Positions 50,495 to 63,365 are shown, counted from the whole stretch's first letter. The stretch is 63,365 nucleotides of DNA, filler included, from Octopus bimaculoides (GCF_001194135.2; 6 parts of 5 records of this genome joined end to end with filler, not necessarily neighbours in it); one strand, 5' to 3'. Numbers and translations: made by a program. Notes: a model not told the origin generated them from the letters alone.

Positions 50495-51797
50495 TTCATT
50501 TTATATGTTTCCTCCATTTTCTTGCTTCGAGGAATAATTATTTCGGAAGTTTTACGCATACGTTCAATTCATTCAGTATATGGTACAATTGTTGAATACA
50601 GGATACGCTTTTTTCGAGCATGATATATATAAGCTATTTAGAATTTTTATTTTTAAGATACGTTTAAGATTCGTTGTTGCACAGAAAGAAAACCAATTTA
50701 AAAAAAAGTACAGACTGTTTGTTCGGGTCGGTTTTATATTTTCTTGCTCGGCATTATGGATTCACTAATTATTTGAAAAACCATTATACATGTAATATAT
50801 TATCAATATTTATGTCACCTGCTGTTTCGGTCACATTATACTTAAAACTCAAACTCTCTTACGCTCTCATTTCTCATTTTCACATTTTTCTCTCTATCTC
50901 GTTTGTCACTCGTCAGCGATGAGAGGGTCAAGGAGGAGGCGTGAGAGAGGGAACGGTGAAAGGAAGAGAAGAATCGGGGAGGGTTGGGAGAGAAAAACAG
51001 AAAGGATGAAGAACAAGAGAGGGAGAGAGATATAGACAGGGAAGTGACTTCNNNNNNNNNNNNNNNNNNNNNNNNNNNNNNNNNNNNNNNNNNNNTTAAT
51101 TAATTAANNNNNNNNNNNNNNNNNNNNNNNNNNNNNNNNNNNNNNNNNNNNATAAATATATATATATACATATATAAATAAATATATATATATATATAAA
51201 TATATATACAGATGCAGACATAGATATAAATAATATAGATATATATACACACATATATGTATACTATATTCATATAAATGTATGTATGTATGTATGTAGG
51301 ATCTAGTTTTTTTCATTCGCAAAATATGAAAATTGGCTATAATAATGTAGCATTCTAGTCTCATTACTTTGAAGGTATGGTGTTGTGGAGAAACAAATCG
51401 GAGAAAAAACTTACAGAGGTTTAAAAATCGAAAAAACTGGGCATTTTTAGCCAATAGCGGGACAGGAATTTTCTGCATTTAGCGGAGCAGAAATGTAGCG
51501 TCTGACCTGTTCATTCTAGGTTTGTAAATAAACAGAAATACCTCATAAAATCAACATATGTCATCTGGATCTAGTCTTTCTCATTCATTCATTGTATTTT
51601 TTTAATCTTTTTTAAATTTGTTATATTAATATATTTGTCTGCATGTGTTTACTTTATGCGTATTTCAGTATTATGTATACCTGCCATGTATTTATGTACA
51701 TCATTAATGTGTGTGTGTGTGTGTGTGTGTGAGTGTGAGAGAGAGAAAGAGAGAGACAGAAAGAGAAAGAGAGAGNNNNNNNNNNNNNNNNNNNNNN

Positions 51798-51873
<76 letters not shown>

Positions 51874-52739
51874 GGCATTTGTCTCCAAAACTCTAAAGTT
51901 GAGAAACGTTTTCATGCTTGGGTTTGTAAACTACGATAAGAATAAATACAGAAAAAGCACAGAAAAATACTAGCACACAGAAGCATAGAAAAATATGAAG
52001 CATACTAACGCAGAAAAATTAAAACAAAACACGCAGGTGAAAAAAATCTCGTGGTGTGACGAATCAAATGTAAAAAAATCAACATCGAACCACGTGCGTC
52101 ACATACAACAGTGAGACAACAGGGAAAGGAATCACAACATAGCGTCCTGTTGTCAGGGTAACAAGCTGCTAATGCCACGCTGTCTGATGATTGGCTAAAA
52201 TTGCCCAAATTTCCCAACTTTAATTCCAAATAACATCAGATTCTTTGATTTACGAGATAAAGTAACTGATTGATCGTAATCAAAATTCAGAGTTGTACCG
52301 ATACACCAAAAATGAAAGCAATCTGAGAAAATTAAGGTGGGCTGATTTTGCGAATGAGAAAGACACACAGATGTTGGAATGGATAAAAAGTTGTTGTCCC
52401 AACCATGAAGTCTCGGGTTCGATCCGACTGCGTACCATGTTCGTTAAGAGTCTGTAACCATAGCTTTGAGTCATATCAATCCTTCCTAATAATATCGGAT
52501 GGGTTAAAACTATGCGGAAGACCATTCAATGGACAACACCTATAATTCAAAGATCCAGCTTTCTGTCTCAGAATTGCAATATATATTTCTGTAGAATACT
52601 TGGCTAAATGCATAAATTATTCAGGCAGTTCAGTTAATCGGACAACTGTAATGTTGATCGTAGAAACTGACGAAGATCCATTGTTACTGCATGTATATAA
52701 ACGTGTATATATATATTTTTTTCTATTTTTTCTATTTTC

Positions 52740-52890
52740 TCTCCCTGTTTATTTCTGTGTTCCTTTCTGTCGAAGAGCGTAGGCTCGAAACGTAAAAGAC
52801 TTTCTCACTTCCCGAGCGTTAAACTAATACATCTGTTTGCTGTTTACACACCCGTCTTCGTCTCTTGTTTTTTTTATAAATTCTCACTAT
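52740..52890 (+). mobile_element. PLE-type pLTR end with hammerhead variant, terminating in (TA)n
   Basis: CTTT-CTGTCGA-A-GAGC-gtag-GCTC-GAAAC-GTA-AAAG at 52763-52798. Confidence 0.75.
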
Positions 52891-53785
52891 ATATATATAT
52901 ATATATATATNNNNNNNNNNNNNNNNNNNNNNNNNNNNNNNNNNNNNNNNNNNNNNNNNNNNNNNNNNNNNNNNNNNNNNNNNNNNNNNNNNNNNNNNNN
53001 NNNNNNNNNNNNNNNNNNNNNNNNNNNNNNNNNNNNNNNNNNNNNNNNNNNNNNNNNNNNNNNNNNNNNNNNNNNNNNNNNNNNNNNNNNNNNNNNNNNN
53101 NNNNNNNNNNNNNNNNNNNNNNNNNNNNNNNNNNNNNNNNNNNNNNNNNNNNNNNNNNNNNNNNNNNNNNNNNNNNNNNNNNNNNNNNNNNNNNNNNNNN
53201 NNNNNNNNNNNNNNNNNNNNNNNNNNNNNNNNNNNNNNNNNNNNNNNNNNNNNNNNNNNNNNNNNNNNNNNNNNNNNNNNNNNNNNNNNNNATATATACA
53301 TTTGTATGTAAGCATAAAGATAAATTAAGTACATACACGCACCACAAATACACACGCACATACGCACATACGCACTTACACACATACATACACACAGACG
53401 TACTTGACAAGTTTGCCTGTACGCGTTTGTGTACGTTTCTGTGTCAGTGTGCGTATAAGTATGAGTGTGTGCGTGTGAGAGAGAGACAGACAGACAATCA
53501 GACAGACAGAGACAAAGAAAGAAAGAAAGAATGAAAGAAAGAAAGGTCATAGTTTCACAAAATAGTTTGGAAAAGAGAAATAAAGGTTTGCGCTCATATA
53601 TCAAGACAGCTCCTGGCTTCAATTTCTGTCGCTTTAAAGAAACTCCCTGGGATATCAGACATAATAATGATTCCTTTCATAACGTATGAAACCCGAGAAT
53701 TGGGGAGCAGGGTCGGGGGATATTTGGGTGCGTTGCGTCGTTCACGCCTGTCCCTAACATCGGTCACTTTTCTTCTCTTTTCAAG

Positions 53786-53834
53786 GTGGAAACAAAATCC
53801 TTTTGAAAGAGACAGCATTGGTGTCCTATCGAAG
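53786..53834 (+). CDS. Candidate 49-nt exon
   Basis: cacttttcttctcttttcaAG acceptor and AAG|GTATGC donor; two frames open (GNKILLKETALVSYR or WKQNPFERDSIGVLSK). Confidence 0.3.
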
Positions 53835-54054
53835 GTATGCAGAAGAATGTGAAAGGAGCTGTAGGCAGTGAGGAGAGAAGAGGAATCGGGGGGTGGGGTG
53901 TTGGAGTTCATGCCTTTGCAAGTGATATTACTTATGTAAAAAGAACGGGGTTCCGACCGAGAATCGAAACTTGGACGGCTGATTGGTTATGGTGAGGAAA
54001 TACCGATACACAAAACTTTGCCGTCTGCTATTTCAGAAATCCTGCCACAATTTG

Positions 54055-54254
54055 TAGTTATCTTTTACTTGTTCCAGTCATTAGATTGTGGCCATGCTGG
54101 GGCACCGCTTTGAAGAACTTTTACTCGAATGAATCGACCGAGGTACATTTTTTTTTTCTTAAAGCCCGGTACTTATTCTATCGGTCTCTTTTACTGAACA
54201 GCTATATTACAGTAATATAAGCACACCAACACCGGTTGTCAAGCAGTGATGGGA

Positions 54255-54327
<73 letters not shown>

Positions 54328-54540
54328 CACACTCACATATATATATATATATATACATGCATTCCCATGCCGAGAACCAGACCCGGGCCGCCTGGATGAA
54401 AACCAAGATATACGACGGGCTTCCTCGGGTTTCCGTCTACCATATCCACTCACAAGGCTTGGGTTGGCCCAAAGTGCGACGCAGTGAAACTGAACCCGGA
54501 GCCATGTGGTTAGGAAGTAAGCTTCTTACTATACAGTCAC
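54055..54540 (-). mobile_element. SINE family B carrying an internal tRNA fragment
   Basis: Homology to 12552-12966 with an extra 47-bp insert. Confidence 0.85.
54362..54408 (-). pseudogene. tRNA-Glu(UUC) 3'-half fragment
   Basis: rc tcttggttTTCatccaggcggcccgggtctggttctcggcatgggaa matches the eukaryotic tRNA-Glu anticodon arm to acceptor end; T-loop degenerate, no 5' half. Confidence 0.75.
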
Positions 54541-54960
54541 GTTTAGAGATAATTCTATCCAGCGTTTACGCAATAAAGTGTGAAAGAGATCTCAGATTAT
54601 AAAATGAGAACGGCTTACTATACTTATTAATTATCTCACATTCTCTCCTTTATAACAAGAGTTTCAACCCAGAAAAAAACTTTGCTTCCCATCCAGAACG
54701 AAATTTGTCTACATGTATCGAATTTAATTACTGATTAAGATGTTTGTTTTATAAACAAAAAACGAGGCGAGTTAGCGAAAGGAATGAATAAATAAATAAA
54801 CAGAAATATAGGAGATAAAGAAAAAAACAAACAAACAAGAAACAGATGTGACTAAATCAACAGAATTTAAGCCTTACACTCTAAGGTCAATGATTTTTAC
54901 TTTTTTTATTACACACATACACATGCACACAAGTATATATGTGTGCGTTTAGGAATATGA

Positions 54961-55020
<60 letters not shown>

Positions 55021-55244
55021 ATACATATATATGCTATCCTAAATATACATTTTAGTTCTACATACGTGCACAAATGCAATATATAAACATGTGGACGATT
55101 TCTTGACTAGTGAGTTTCTCGGGAGAATTGCCAACAGACACAGATATTGACAAACTGATACACACATGTGAATATGTGTGTGCGCATATAAATGTTTAAG
55201 TATGTATATGTGTGTGTATGCGTGTGTATATATATATATATATG

Positions 55245-55297
<53 letters not shown>

Positions 55298-56119
55298 GTG
55301 CAAACAAGGATATATGCATACTTACATTCTGCTCATTTTTCTCGTGTAATAAATACTTACCTCTAAATGTTTGCCATAAATATAAAGAACTGGTAAAAAA
55401 GAAATAAAATCTGGTTATCTTCTATGGATAAATGTAAAGAAAGGACTGTTTAAATAAGGTTCTGGCAGTAATCGAGCGGTAGAACTTAACTGATAAGCAT
55501 ATGGACTACTGCTGTAGAGGCGGCAACAAGAGTGGAAACCGGGGTCAATAATCGCCGGTTGAAAGGACTATCATGAAACATTCTAGAGCCCCCTTTTTCT
55601 TTATCGAATCAAGTCCTACACCAGTTCTATAAAAAGTTTAAGGAAGATGTCTTAATTGGCTAGAGAAGATGAAGAGTTATCGCAATTATTTATGTTCGTG
55701 TGAAGTAATTACAGCAGCAACTTATGTTCACTAAGAATAAAACAAAAGCAGTTATTTGTAGGAAAATCTACCCTTGAAAAGGCTTTACTGTAAATATTAG
55801 GGTTAACATCCCAATAGACTGTGGCCGCGAAAACATTGTTAAAATCATGAGCCACAACCAAATAAAACCGTTAATAATAACTCAGAGATTGAACGGGTAA
55901 CTACAATTACATGAATGGCCGTAAACTTAATTCCTTGTCCTTTTTTTTAACTCCACCTCCTGGTCCTCAGCAGAGATTACTATGTTGCAAGTATTTGGAA
56001 CAAGTGCCCAGTCTGCGAATAATTATCCTTCTGGTAGTCTCAAAGACCTTAGCTAAGCGGTAATATAGCAAACAGCAATGAGTAAAGAAGACAAACTACT
56101 CAAAACAAACACCGTGTGT

Positions 56120-56160
<41 letters not shown>

Positions 56161-56186
56161 CGCGCGCGTTTTCGATTTTGAAAGAA

Positions 56187-56820
56187 TTAGCATTCATAAC
56201 AATTTATTTTATCTCTAGAGTAATTTAATGGCATTTTAAAGACATGTCCAAGAAACCTCAAACGACGATCGTTTGTGATGCTTAGAGGTTTCTGCTTGGT
56301 TCTCCCATATACTTCTTCATTGATTATTCTGTCTTGCCAAGAGATGTTAAGACTCTTTTCAGAGGCACCACTGGTGGAGTACATCTAGTTTGTGGGCAAG
56401 TCCTGCTGTCATCTTCCATGTTTCACTGGCACAGATGGGAAATTGGATAACCTAAGAATTGTACAAAACTATCTAGCTTCTTAGAGTCATCTGGTTTGAT
56501 AGCCAAATGTTCCCGAACCTGCTAAAGACAGCTTGCTTTTCCAGTTCTGCTCAAGACGTCTTGTTCTGGGTCACTCCTGTTGGAAATGCTTCAATGCCAT
56601 CGACAAGACACCTAAAGGTCTCCCTCCATTGAGCTAGAGGGTTGGAAAAGGAAGCGAGGACGCCCATTAATAACATGAAAGAGGACAGTTCGGAAGAATC
56701 TTGATGCAGGAGAGTTGAGCAGTTGAGAGGATGCGAAATCTCTTACAGAAGACCGCAGAGGATAGAGATCTTTTGTTGCTGCCAAATGTTCTACGTGGAA
56801 TAAGAGGAACTAACTAACTT
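56187..56820. mobile_element. 5'-truncated RTE-clade LINE with internal inversion
   Basis: Minus strand about 56620-56190: SRTGKA..SETWKMT..HKLD..LNISWQDRIINEEVY..RRLRFLGHV..MP; plus strand about 56630-56812: GWKRKRGRP..*KRTV..EDRRG*RSFVAAKCST..N* then (AACT)n. Confidence 0.8.
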
Positions 56821-56899
56821 AAGCAATTTAAGGTTAATTAACACTTCTATACCAGACTTTAGCGTTTGAATAGCAAACTCATTGATAATGAATGACATC

Positions 56900-57110
56900 T
56901 CTGGGACAAGTGTTAGATGCATTATAATTCATTTAGAAGAATACGTGTTTGCTTCTCAGGAATTGGAGATAGTTACCAAATATTTGGTTAATGAGAGAGA
57001 GGTAAAGATGCCTATTAAACTTGATGCTATGATAGAAAATGTCTATGGTGTCACACCAGTGTGCCAACTTCCCACGAGACATGATATTGTTGCCAAAACT
57101 CGCAACAAGG
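56900..57110 (+). mobile_element. Third RLE-type LINE fragment
   Basis: HLEEYVFASQELEIVTKYLVNERE...CQLPTRHDIVAK. Confidence 0.55.
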
Positions 57111-57859
57111 AATGTCTTAATTGCCATTGCAAAAGCACGTGAGAATTAGGATACAGCTGCACATTGAAATAGAGAATGCTGGTGGAATATTCCTGATGAA
57201 ACAGCAATCACCATAGACATGTTATTTTACTATGGAACAGAGGAACAAAATATTGCACATTTGTAGGCGACTGCCAAACGGTTATGAATGTCTCGTTTAA
57301 ATTTGTAGAAAAGAAAAAGAGAACATCTCTGATGAAATCATGCGAAATTTACAATTCTTCAAGACAGTCTTTAAATTTTCACACATATCTATAAGAATAG
57401 GTGGAATGGACTTTGTAACAACAGGATTGTATAAAAATCTGGGAATGCCGGAATTTTCCAAGAAAGAACAAAGACAATTGACTTGCATCCATCTAACGAA
57501 TTTGATTTCCATGTTCACGCGTCTCTCTCTGTCTGTCTGTCTCTCTGTCTGTCTCTCTCTCTCTCTCTGTCTCTCTCTCTCTGTCTCTCTCTCTCTCTCT
57601 TTCTTTCTCTCTCTCGCGCGCTTTCTTTCTCTCACACGCCCCACCCCAACTACACACACATGTGAATAAAGACAAATCACACACTTATGTACCAGAGAAA
57701 CATATACACACAACACATGAGTGTAACTATATCCACATACTTAAACATGCCCAATTTAATTCAGTAACATATTCATAAATTCATGGAACTGTCTCTACTC
57801 AAACGGAAAAAGTTATGCCACTTTGTTTGTAACAGACGTTGAATTTTGCAGAGAAGTTA

Positions 57860-58012
57860 CTTTATAATCTCAAGAGATAGCACACGTTTATATACCTAGA
57901 CTCTTGCGTAAATACATACATACATACATACGTGCGTACGTACATACGTACATACATACATATATACATACATACAAATATGCATGCATACATGCATACA
58001 TGCATACATACG

Positions 58013-58053
<41 letters not shown>

Positions 58054-58225
58054 GTATGCATACATAAGTACATACGTACACACATACGTACACACATACG
58101 TATATACATATATATAATTATATATGCATACACACATACATATACATACACACACATACATACATACATCCACGCGCGCGCATACATACATACATACATA
58201 CATACATACATACACAAATATATAC
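57860..58225. repeat. (TACA)n/(TA)n field
   Basis: Direct reading. Confidence 0.95.
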
Positions 58226-58349
58226 ATAACACACTGCCTAAATACTAATCAAAAACCGGAAATGAGAAAGCTAATTTGAAGATTACAGATTTAATCCATC
58301 ACTGGAACTAAAAATCTATGAAACTTTCCAGAAGTTTATCATTTAAATA

Positions 58350-58885
58350 TATATGAGCATGTCTAGACATGCAACTATATGCATGAGAATACATACATAA
58401 AACAAAATATGCAAATATGCACATATATATAAATACATACATACAAACAAAAATACCCTGTTGTTGATGTTGAAATACCAATGAAGGTGCCTTGGATCTA
58501 GGTTAGAAACCGGTATTTCTCTATTAGTAAAATATCTTGAAATAAAATTAAAATTCTGTAAAATATATATATATAATATATAATACATATAATATATATG
58601 AGCATGTGTAGATATGCAACTATATGCATGAGAATACATACATAAAACAAAAGATACAAACCTGCACACATACATACATACATACATACATACATACATA
58701 CATACATACATAAATAAATAAATACAGAAATGAAACTGATTGATAGCATACATTACATGCATACAAACAAAAATACCTTGTTGTTGATGTCGAAATTCCA
58801 ATGGATCTAATTTAGAAGTCTTGGATCTAGTTTAGAAACCGGCTCTTTCTCCATTGGCAAAAAAATTTGAAGTAAAATTGAACAA
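58350..58885. repeat. Diverged tandem duplication of ~240-290 bp
   Basis: tatatgagcatg..atgcaactatatgcatgagaatacatacataaaacaaaa and aaaatacc.tgttgttgatgt.gaaat..caatg..ttggatctag.ttagaaaccgg each occur twice. Confidence 0.75.
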
Positions 58886-58977
58886 TGACACGTACTAGAA
58901 TTTCATTTAATTCCTGGACCTGGAAAATGTTGAGAGTGCCAGAGTGCTATTTTACCATTATTATTATTATTATTATT

Positions 58978-59324
58978 GTGGAAAGGGTCAGGTACCACTG
59001 GTCAGGCGCTCTATCTGCTGTCAACAGCCGCTGAACGGAGGCCTTGGCATGCCGTGGTTGCTGATGCGCAAACATGCGCTCAGGCTACGACATCTCAGGC
59101 GCTTCCTGGACGGTGAACAGGTGTGGTCGCCTTTCGTCAGACGCGATTTTCCGCAGCTCGTTTCTTTAACAGAGCTGCAATCCTGGATCAAACGTAGACC
59201 GAGAAAGGGCGCTTGGCACCTCGAGTGCCGCCAAGCTCTCACCGCCCTCAGTCAGGCGGGCAGTGCGATCGGTAGTAGATCCACTCTAGCTTTCTATAGA
59301 GGGTTAGTGGGAGAAAAGTGCGAC
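58978..59324 (+). mobile_element. Tx1/L1-like LINE ORF2 post-RT fragment
   Basis: GKGQVPLVRRSICCQQPLNGGLGMPWLLMRKHALRLRHLRRFL matches the W-G-P-V......P...GGLG-P....AL pattern; GC-rich, no stops, runs into a gap. Confidence 0.75.
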
Positions 59325-60265
59325 NNNNNNNNNNNNNNNNNNNNNNNNNNNNNNNNNNNNNNNNNNNNNNNNNNNNNNNNNNNNNNNNNNNNNNNNNNNN
59401 NNNNNNNNNNNNNNNNNNNNNNNNNNNNNNNNNNNNNNNNNNNNNNNNNNNNNNNNNNNNNNNNNNNNNNNNNNNNNNNNNNNNNNNNNNNNNNNNNNNN
59501 NNNNNNNNNNNNNNNNNNNNNNNNNNNNNNNNNNNNNNNNNNNNNNNNNNNNNNNNNNNNNNNNNNNNNNNNNNNNNNNNNNNNNNNNNNNNNNNNNNNN
59601 NNNNNNNNNNNNNNNNNNNNNNNNNNNNNNNNNNNNNNNNNNNNNNNNNNNNNNNNNNNNNNNNNNNNNNNNNNNNNNNNNNNNNNNNNNNNNNNNNNNN
59701 NNNNNNNNNNNNNNNNNNNNNNNNNNNNNNNNNNNNNNNNNNNNNNNNNNNNNNNNNNNNNNNNNNNNNNNNNNNNNNNNNNNNNNNNNNNNNNNNNNNN
59801 NNNNNNNNNNNNNNNNNNNNNNNNNNNNNNNNNNNNNNNNNNNNNNNNNNNNNNNNNNNNNNNNNNNNNNNNNNNNNNNNNNNNNNNNNNNNNNNNNNNN
59901 NNNNNNNNNNNNNNNNNNNNNNNNNNNNNNNNNNNNNNNNNNNNNNNNNNNNNNNNNNNNNNNNNNNNNNNNNNNNNNNNNNNNNNNNNNNNNNNNNNNN
60001 NNNNNNNNNNNNNNNNNNNNNNNNNNNNNNNNNNNNNNNNNNNNNNNNNNNNNNNNNNNNNNNNNNNNNNNNNNNNNNNNNNNNNNNNNNNNNNNNNNNN
60101 ATCTATTTATTTATCTATTTATTTATTATATCCTTCTCCGTTTTCTTCCTCTGTTTAGACGAACTTTCCTACCTTTTCGGACAAAACCTTTTGTAACCTT
60201 CGTCCTGTCTTTGTCCTTATATGTCTTTAATTGATATTAGCCCTTGTGGCCAATAAAACGAATTA

Positions 60266-60317
<52 letters not shown>

Positions 60318-60769
60318 GTAGTAGTAGTAGTAGTAGTAGTATTATTATTTATCATTATCATCGTCATCGTCGTCGTCGTCGTCGTCGCCGTCGTCATTTC
60401 TTCTACGTAAGGTCAGCTGAATGTTGGTGTAGAGATAATTGGAGGAGGAAAAGGAGGAGGAGAAATCAGGATAAAATGTAGTCTGGTGGGAGGGTGATTA
60501 AAGCGGGTAGGTAAGGGGGTTCGTCGTGTACATGCTTGAGGCGTTTCACGTCGATAATAAAAGCCTGAGTGGTCAGGGTTTCGAAATGGGTGGAGAGAAA
60601 CGAATACGAAAAAGAATGCCGTTTTTATCAAATCAAATTTCACGATATGAAACGGGGCCTCTTTTTTTTTTACTCCCTTTATTTTTTATTTTTTTTTTTG
60701 TTTCGTTTTGTCTTGTTTTGCTTTTTTCTGATAATAGGTTTTCTCAGCAAACTTTCTCACCCTCTCACC

Positions 60770-61450
60770 CCACTCCATGCCGCACACACACTCACACATA
60801 CATACACACACATATATGTGTATGTATACATATGAGTATATATGTACATATATATATAAATACACACATATATATGTATGCATACATACAAATATATATA
60901 TACCTACATACATACATACATACTTAGACACACACATACAATCATGCATACATATACACATACATAGATGCATGTGTACATACAAACATACATACATGCA
61001 TACATACCTACATGCATACATGCATACATACCTACATGCATACATGCATGCATACATACAGACACAAATACAATCATACGAGCATACACATATATACATA
61101 AATACATAGACACTCATACAATCATACAAGCGTACACATGTATATACATACATACATACATACATATATACATACATACATACATACATACATACATGCA
61201 TACATGTATACATACATACATGCATACATACATACATTCTTACGCTCCATTTGCATATATGTTGATACCTGATGTCTCATAAAAAAAAACAACAAACAAC
61301 GACAGTAATTAAAGTGCCAACAGACTTATGGGACACTTGATATGTCTGCATGCATGCATGTATGCATGTATGTATGTATGCATGTATGTATGTATGTGTG
61401 TATGTATGTAGGTATGTATGTATGTATGTATATATGTATGTACTATTTAC
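60770..61450. repeat. (TACA/TATG)n field
   Basis: Direct reading. Confidence 0.95.
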
Positions 61451-61774
61451 ATATGCGTATATTTATATATGTATTGTCTAGCAATCAAGTATTTAACGTT
61501 GCGCCTATTCATACATAACTTCTAAGTATTACACCAGAGACTTTTTTTTAATACTTCATTCCACTTCAAAACCTTTTTCTGCGTTTGCAACAAATCTATG
61601 TTATATCTGAGAATATATACCAGATAAGCTTCATACTGTGACCAAAGGAAATGTTGAAAGCGAAGAGAATTTATATCAATTTATATACCGCGCTAATTGA
61701 TATGCTACTGTAATTAATATACCACACTAATTAATAAACCACTGCCATTTTGAATGTGACTTAAGGAGGGGAGT

Positions 61775-62099
61775 GGTTGGCACTCCGTCGGTTACGACGA
61801 CGAGTGTTCCAGTTGATCCGATCAATGGAACAGCCTGCTCGTGAAATTAACGTGCAAGTGGCTGAGCACTCCACAGACACGTGTACCCTTAACGTAGTTC
61901 TCAGGGATATTCAGCGTGACACAGTGTGACAAGGCTGACCCTTTGAATTACAGGCACAACAGAAACAAGAAGAAAGAGTGAGAGAAAGTTGTGGTGAAAG
62001 AGTACAGCAGGGTTCGCCACTACCTCCTGCCGGAGCCTCGTGGAGCTTTAGGCGTCTGGGAATCGAAACCGCGATCCTAAGACCGCGAGTCCGCTGCCC
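61775..62099 (-). mobile_element. SINE family C
   Basis: Homology to 15235-15606. Confidence 0.9.
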
Positions 62100-62495
62100 N
62101 NNNNNNNNNNNNNNNNNNNNNNNNNNNNNNNNNNNNNNNNNNNTTAATTAATTAANNNNNNNNNNNNNNNNNNNNNNNNNNNNNNNNNNNNNNNNNNNNT
62201 CCAGCAGTCCTGTTTATGATGGAGGAATTTATATAAAAAGATATTTCGTTGACGTTGGTTGTCATTGGTGACACTGACGGACCCTGTTCTACAACTTACC
62301 TGCAGCTACATGTTTAGCTTAGAGTGAACCGATTTATGCTCTATTCAAATTATTTATGCGTCCTTTAGAAATATTATGGTAATGGGTATAGCTGTTACTC
62401 CTGGCTCGTGTGTTTTCGTTTTAAATTATCTCGTTATATTTACTACCAGAAAGACCACCCTCCAGTTTTTTTTTTCCATTTTTGATATATATATG

Positions 62496-62580
62496 CAGTA
62501 ATCCCTCGATTACTGCGGGTGCTACGCTCCTAAACCCCGCGATAGGTGAAAACCTGCGAAGTAGAAACAGTACTGTATTA
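62496..62580 (+). mobile_element. Tigger/pogo-like TIR end
   Basis: CAGTAATCCCTCGATTACTGCGGG...CCCCGCGATAGGTGAAAACCTGCGAAGT. Confidence 0.55.
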
Positions 62581-62581
62581 C

Positions 62582-62980
62582 TCTTTTACTCTTTTATTTG
62601 TTTCAGTCATTTGACTGCGGCCATGCTGGAGCACCGCCTTTAGTCGAGCAAATCGACCCCAGGACTTATTGTTTGGATGCCTAGTACTTATTCTATTGGT
62701 ATCTTTTGCCGAACTGCTAAGTTACGGGGACCTAAACACACCACCATCAGTTGTATAGCGACGTTGGGGGACAAACACAGACACACAAACACACACACAT
62801 ATACATATATATATATATATATACGACGGGCTTCTTTCAGTTTCCGTCTACCAAATCCACTCACAAGACTTTGGTCGGCCCGAGGCTATAGTAGAAGAAA
62901 CTTGCCCAAGGTGCCACGCAGTGGGACTGAACCCGGAACCATGTGGCTGGTAAGCAAGCTACTTACTACACAGCCACTCT
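62582..62980 (-). mobile_element. SINE family B, full length
   Basis: Homology to 12552-12966. Confidence 0.9.
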
Positions 62981-63149
62981 ATTATTTTTTTGATTTTTAT
63001 ATATTTATTTTATCATAAATGCAAAACAATACTACACTCTCGCCTCCCGAGTTACGTTTTCCATACAGAATGTGCGATTCGTTTTTTTAACTCATCTTCA
63101 CTACACAACGTATTTTCTTTTAATATATTTTAATTAATTAATATATTCT

Positions 63150-63247
63150 AATTAAGAATAAGTCCTAGAGTCGATTTGCTCGACTAAAGGCGGTGCTCCA
63201 GCATGGCCACAGTCAAATGACTGAAAACAAGTAAAAGAGTAAAAGAA
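63150..63247 (+). mobile_element. SINE family B 3' tail
   Basis: agaataagtcc...ggcggtgctccagcatggccacagtcaaatgactgaaaacaagtaaaagagtaaaag. Confidence 0.9.
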
Positions 63248-63365
63248 TGTGTTATACAGTGCAGTACTGTACTGTGTATTTTATTTATAAAATTGGCGTG
63301 AAAATGTTTATTTTACCACAGAAATAATCAAATCTAAAAAAAAAAAAGTATAAATAACTATCGGC

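Noticed and set aside
51435-52215. ~20-bp inverted match (gggcatttttagccaat / attggctaaaattgccc)
   Set aside because: Element boundaries and TSD could not be defined; insufficient for a transposon call.

Overview
AT-rich eukaryotic genomic DNA with about 15 N-gaps and extreme microsatellite load. The repeat content points to a coleoid cephalopod, probably an octopus draft assembly (inference). No intact protein-coding gene is recognisable: nearly all long ORFs in the track are microsatellite or N read-throughs. The window is a mosaic of four tRNA-headed SINE families (here called A-D), decayed LINE fragments (R4/Dong-like RLE, RTE, CR1/L2-like, Tx1/L1-like), two Helentron/DINE-1-like non-autonomous elements, pogo/Tigger-type ends, and several Penelope-like element (PLE) fragments with GIY-YIG or N-terminal ORF remnants. 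The most interesting signal is a set of at least six minimal hammerhead-ribozyme motifs from at least four sequence families, most with palindromic helix-III loops. They occur alongside fold-back (inverted) insertions and a tRNA-headed element with a hammerhead-like tail. Other notable items are a 162-bp near-perfect palindrome, a 32-bp minisatellite amplified from a SINE A-box, an embedded tRNA-Glu 3' half, and an RTE insertion with twin-priming geometry. A few splice-bounded candidate exons and a promoter-like island suggest the window is intronic or intergenic to an unidentified host gene.
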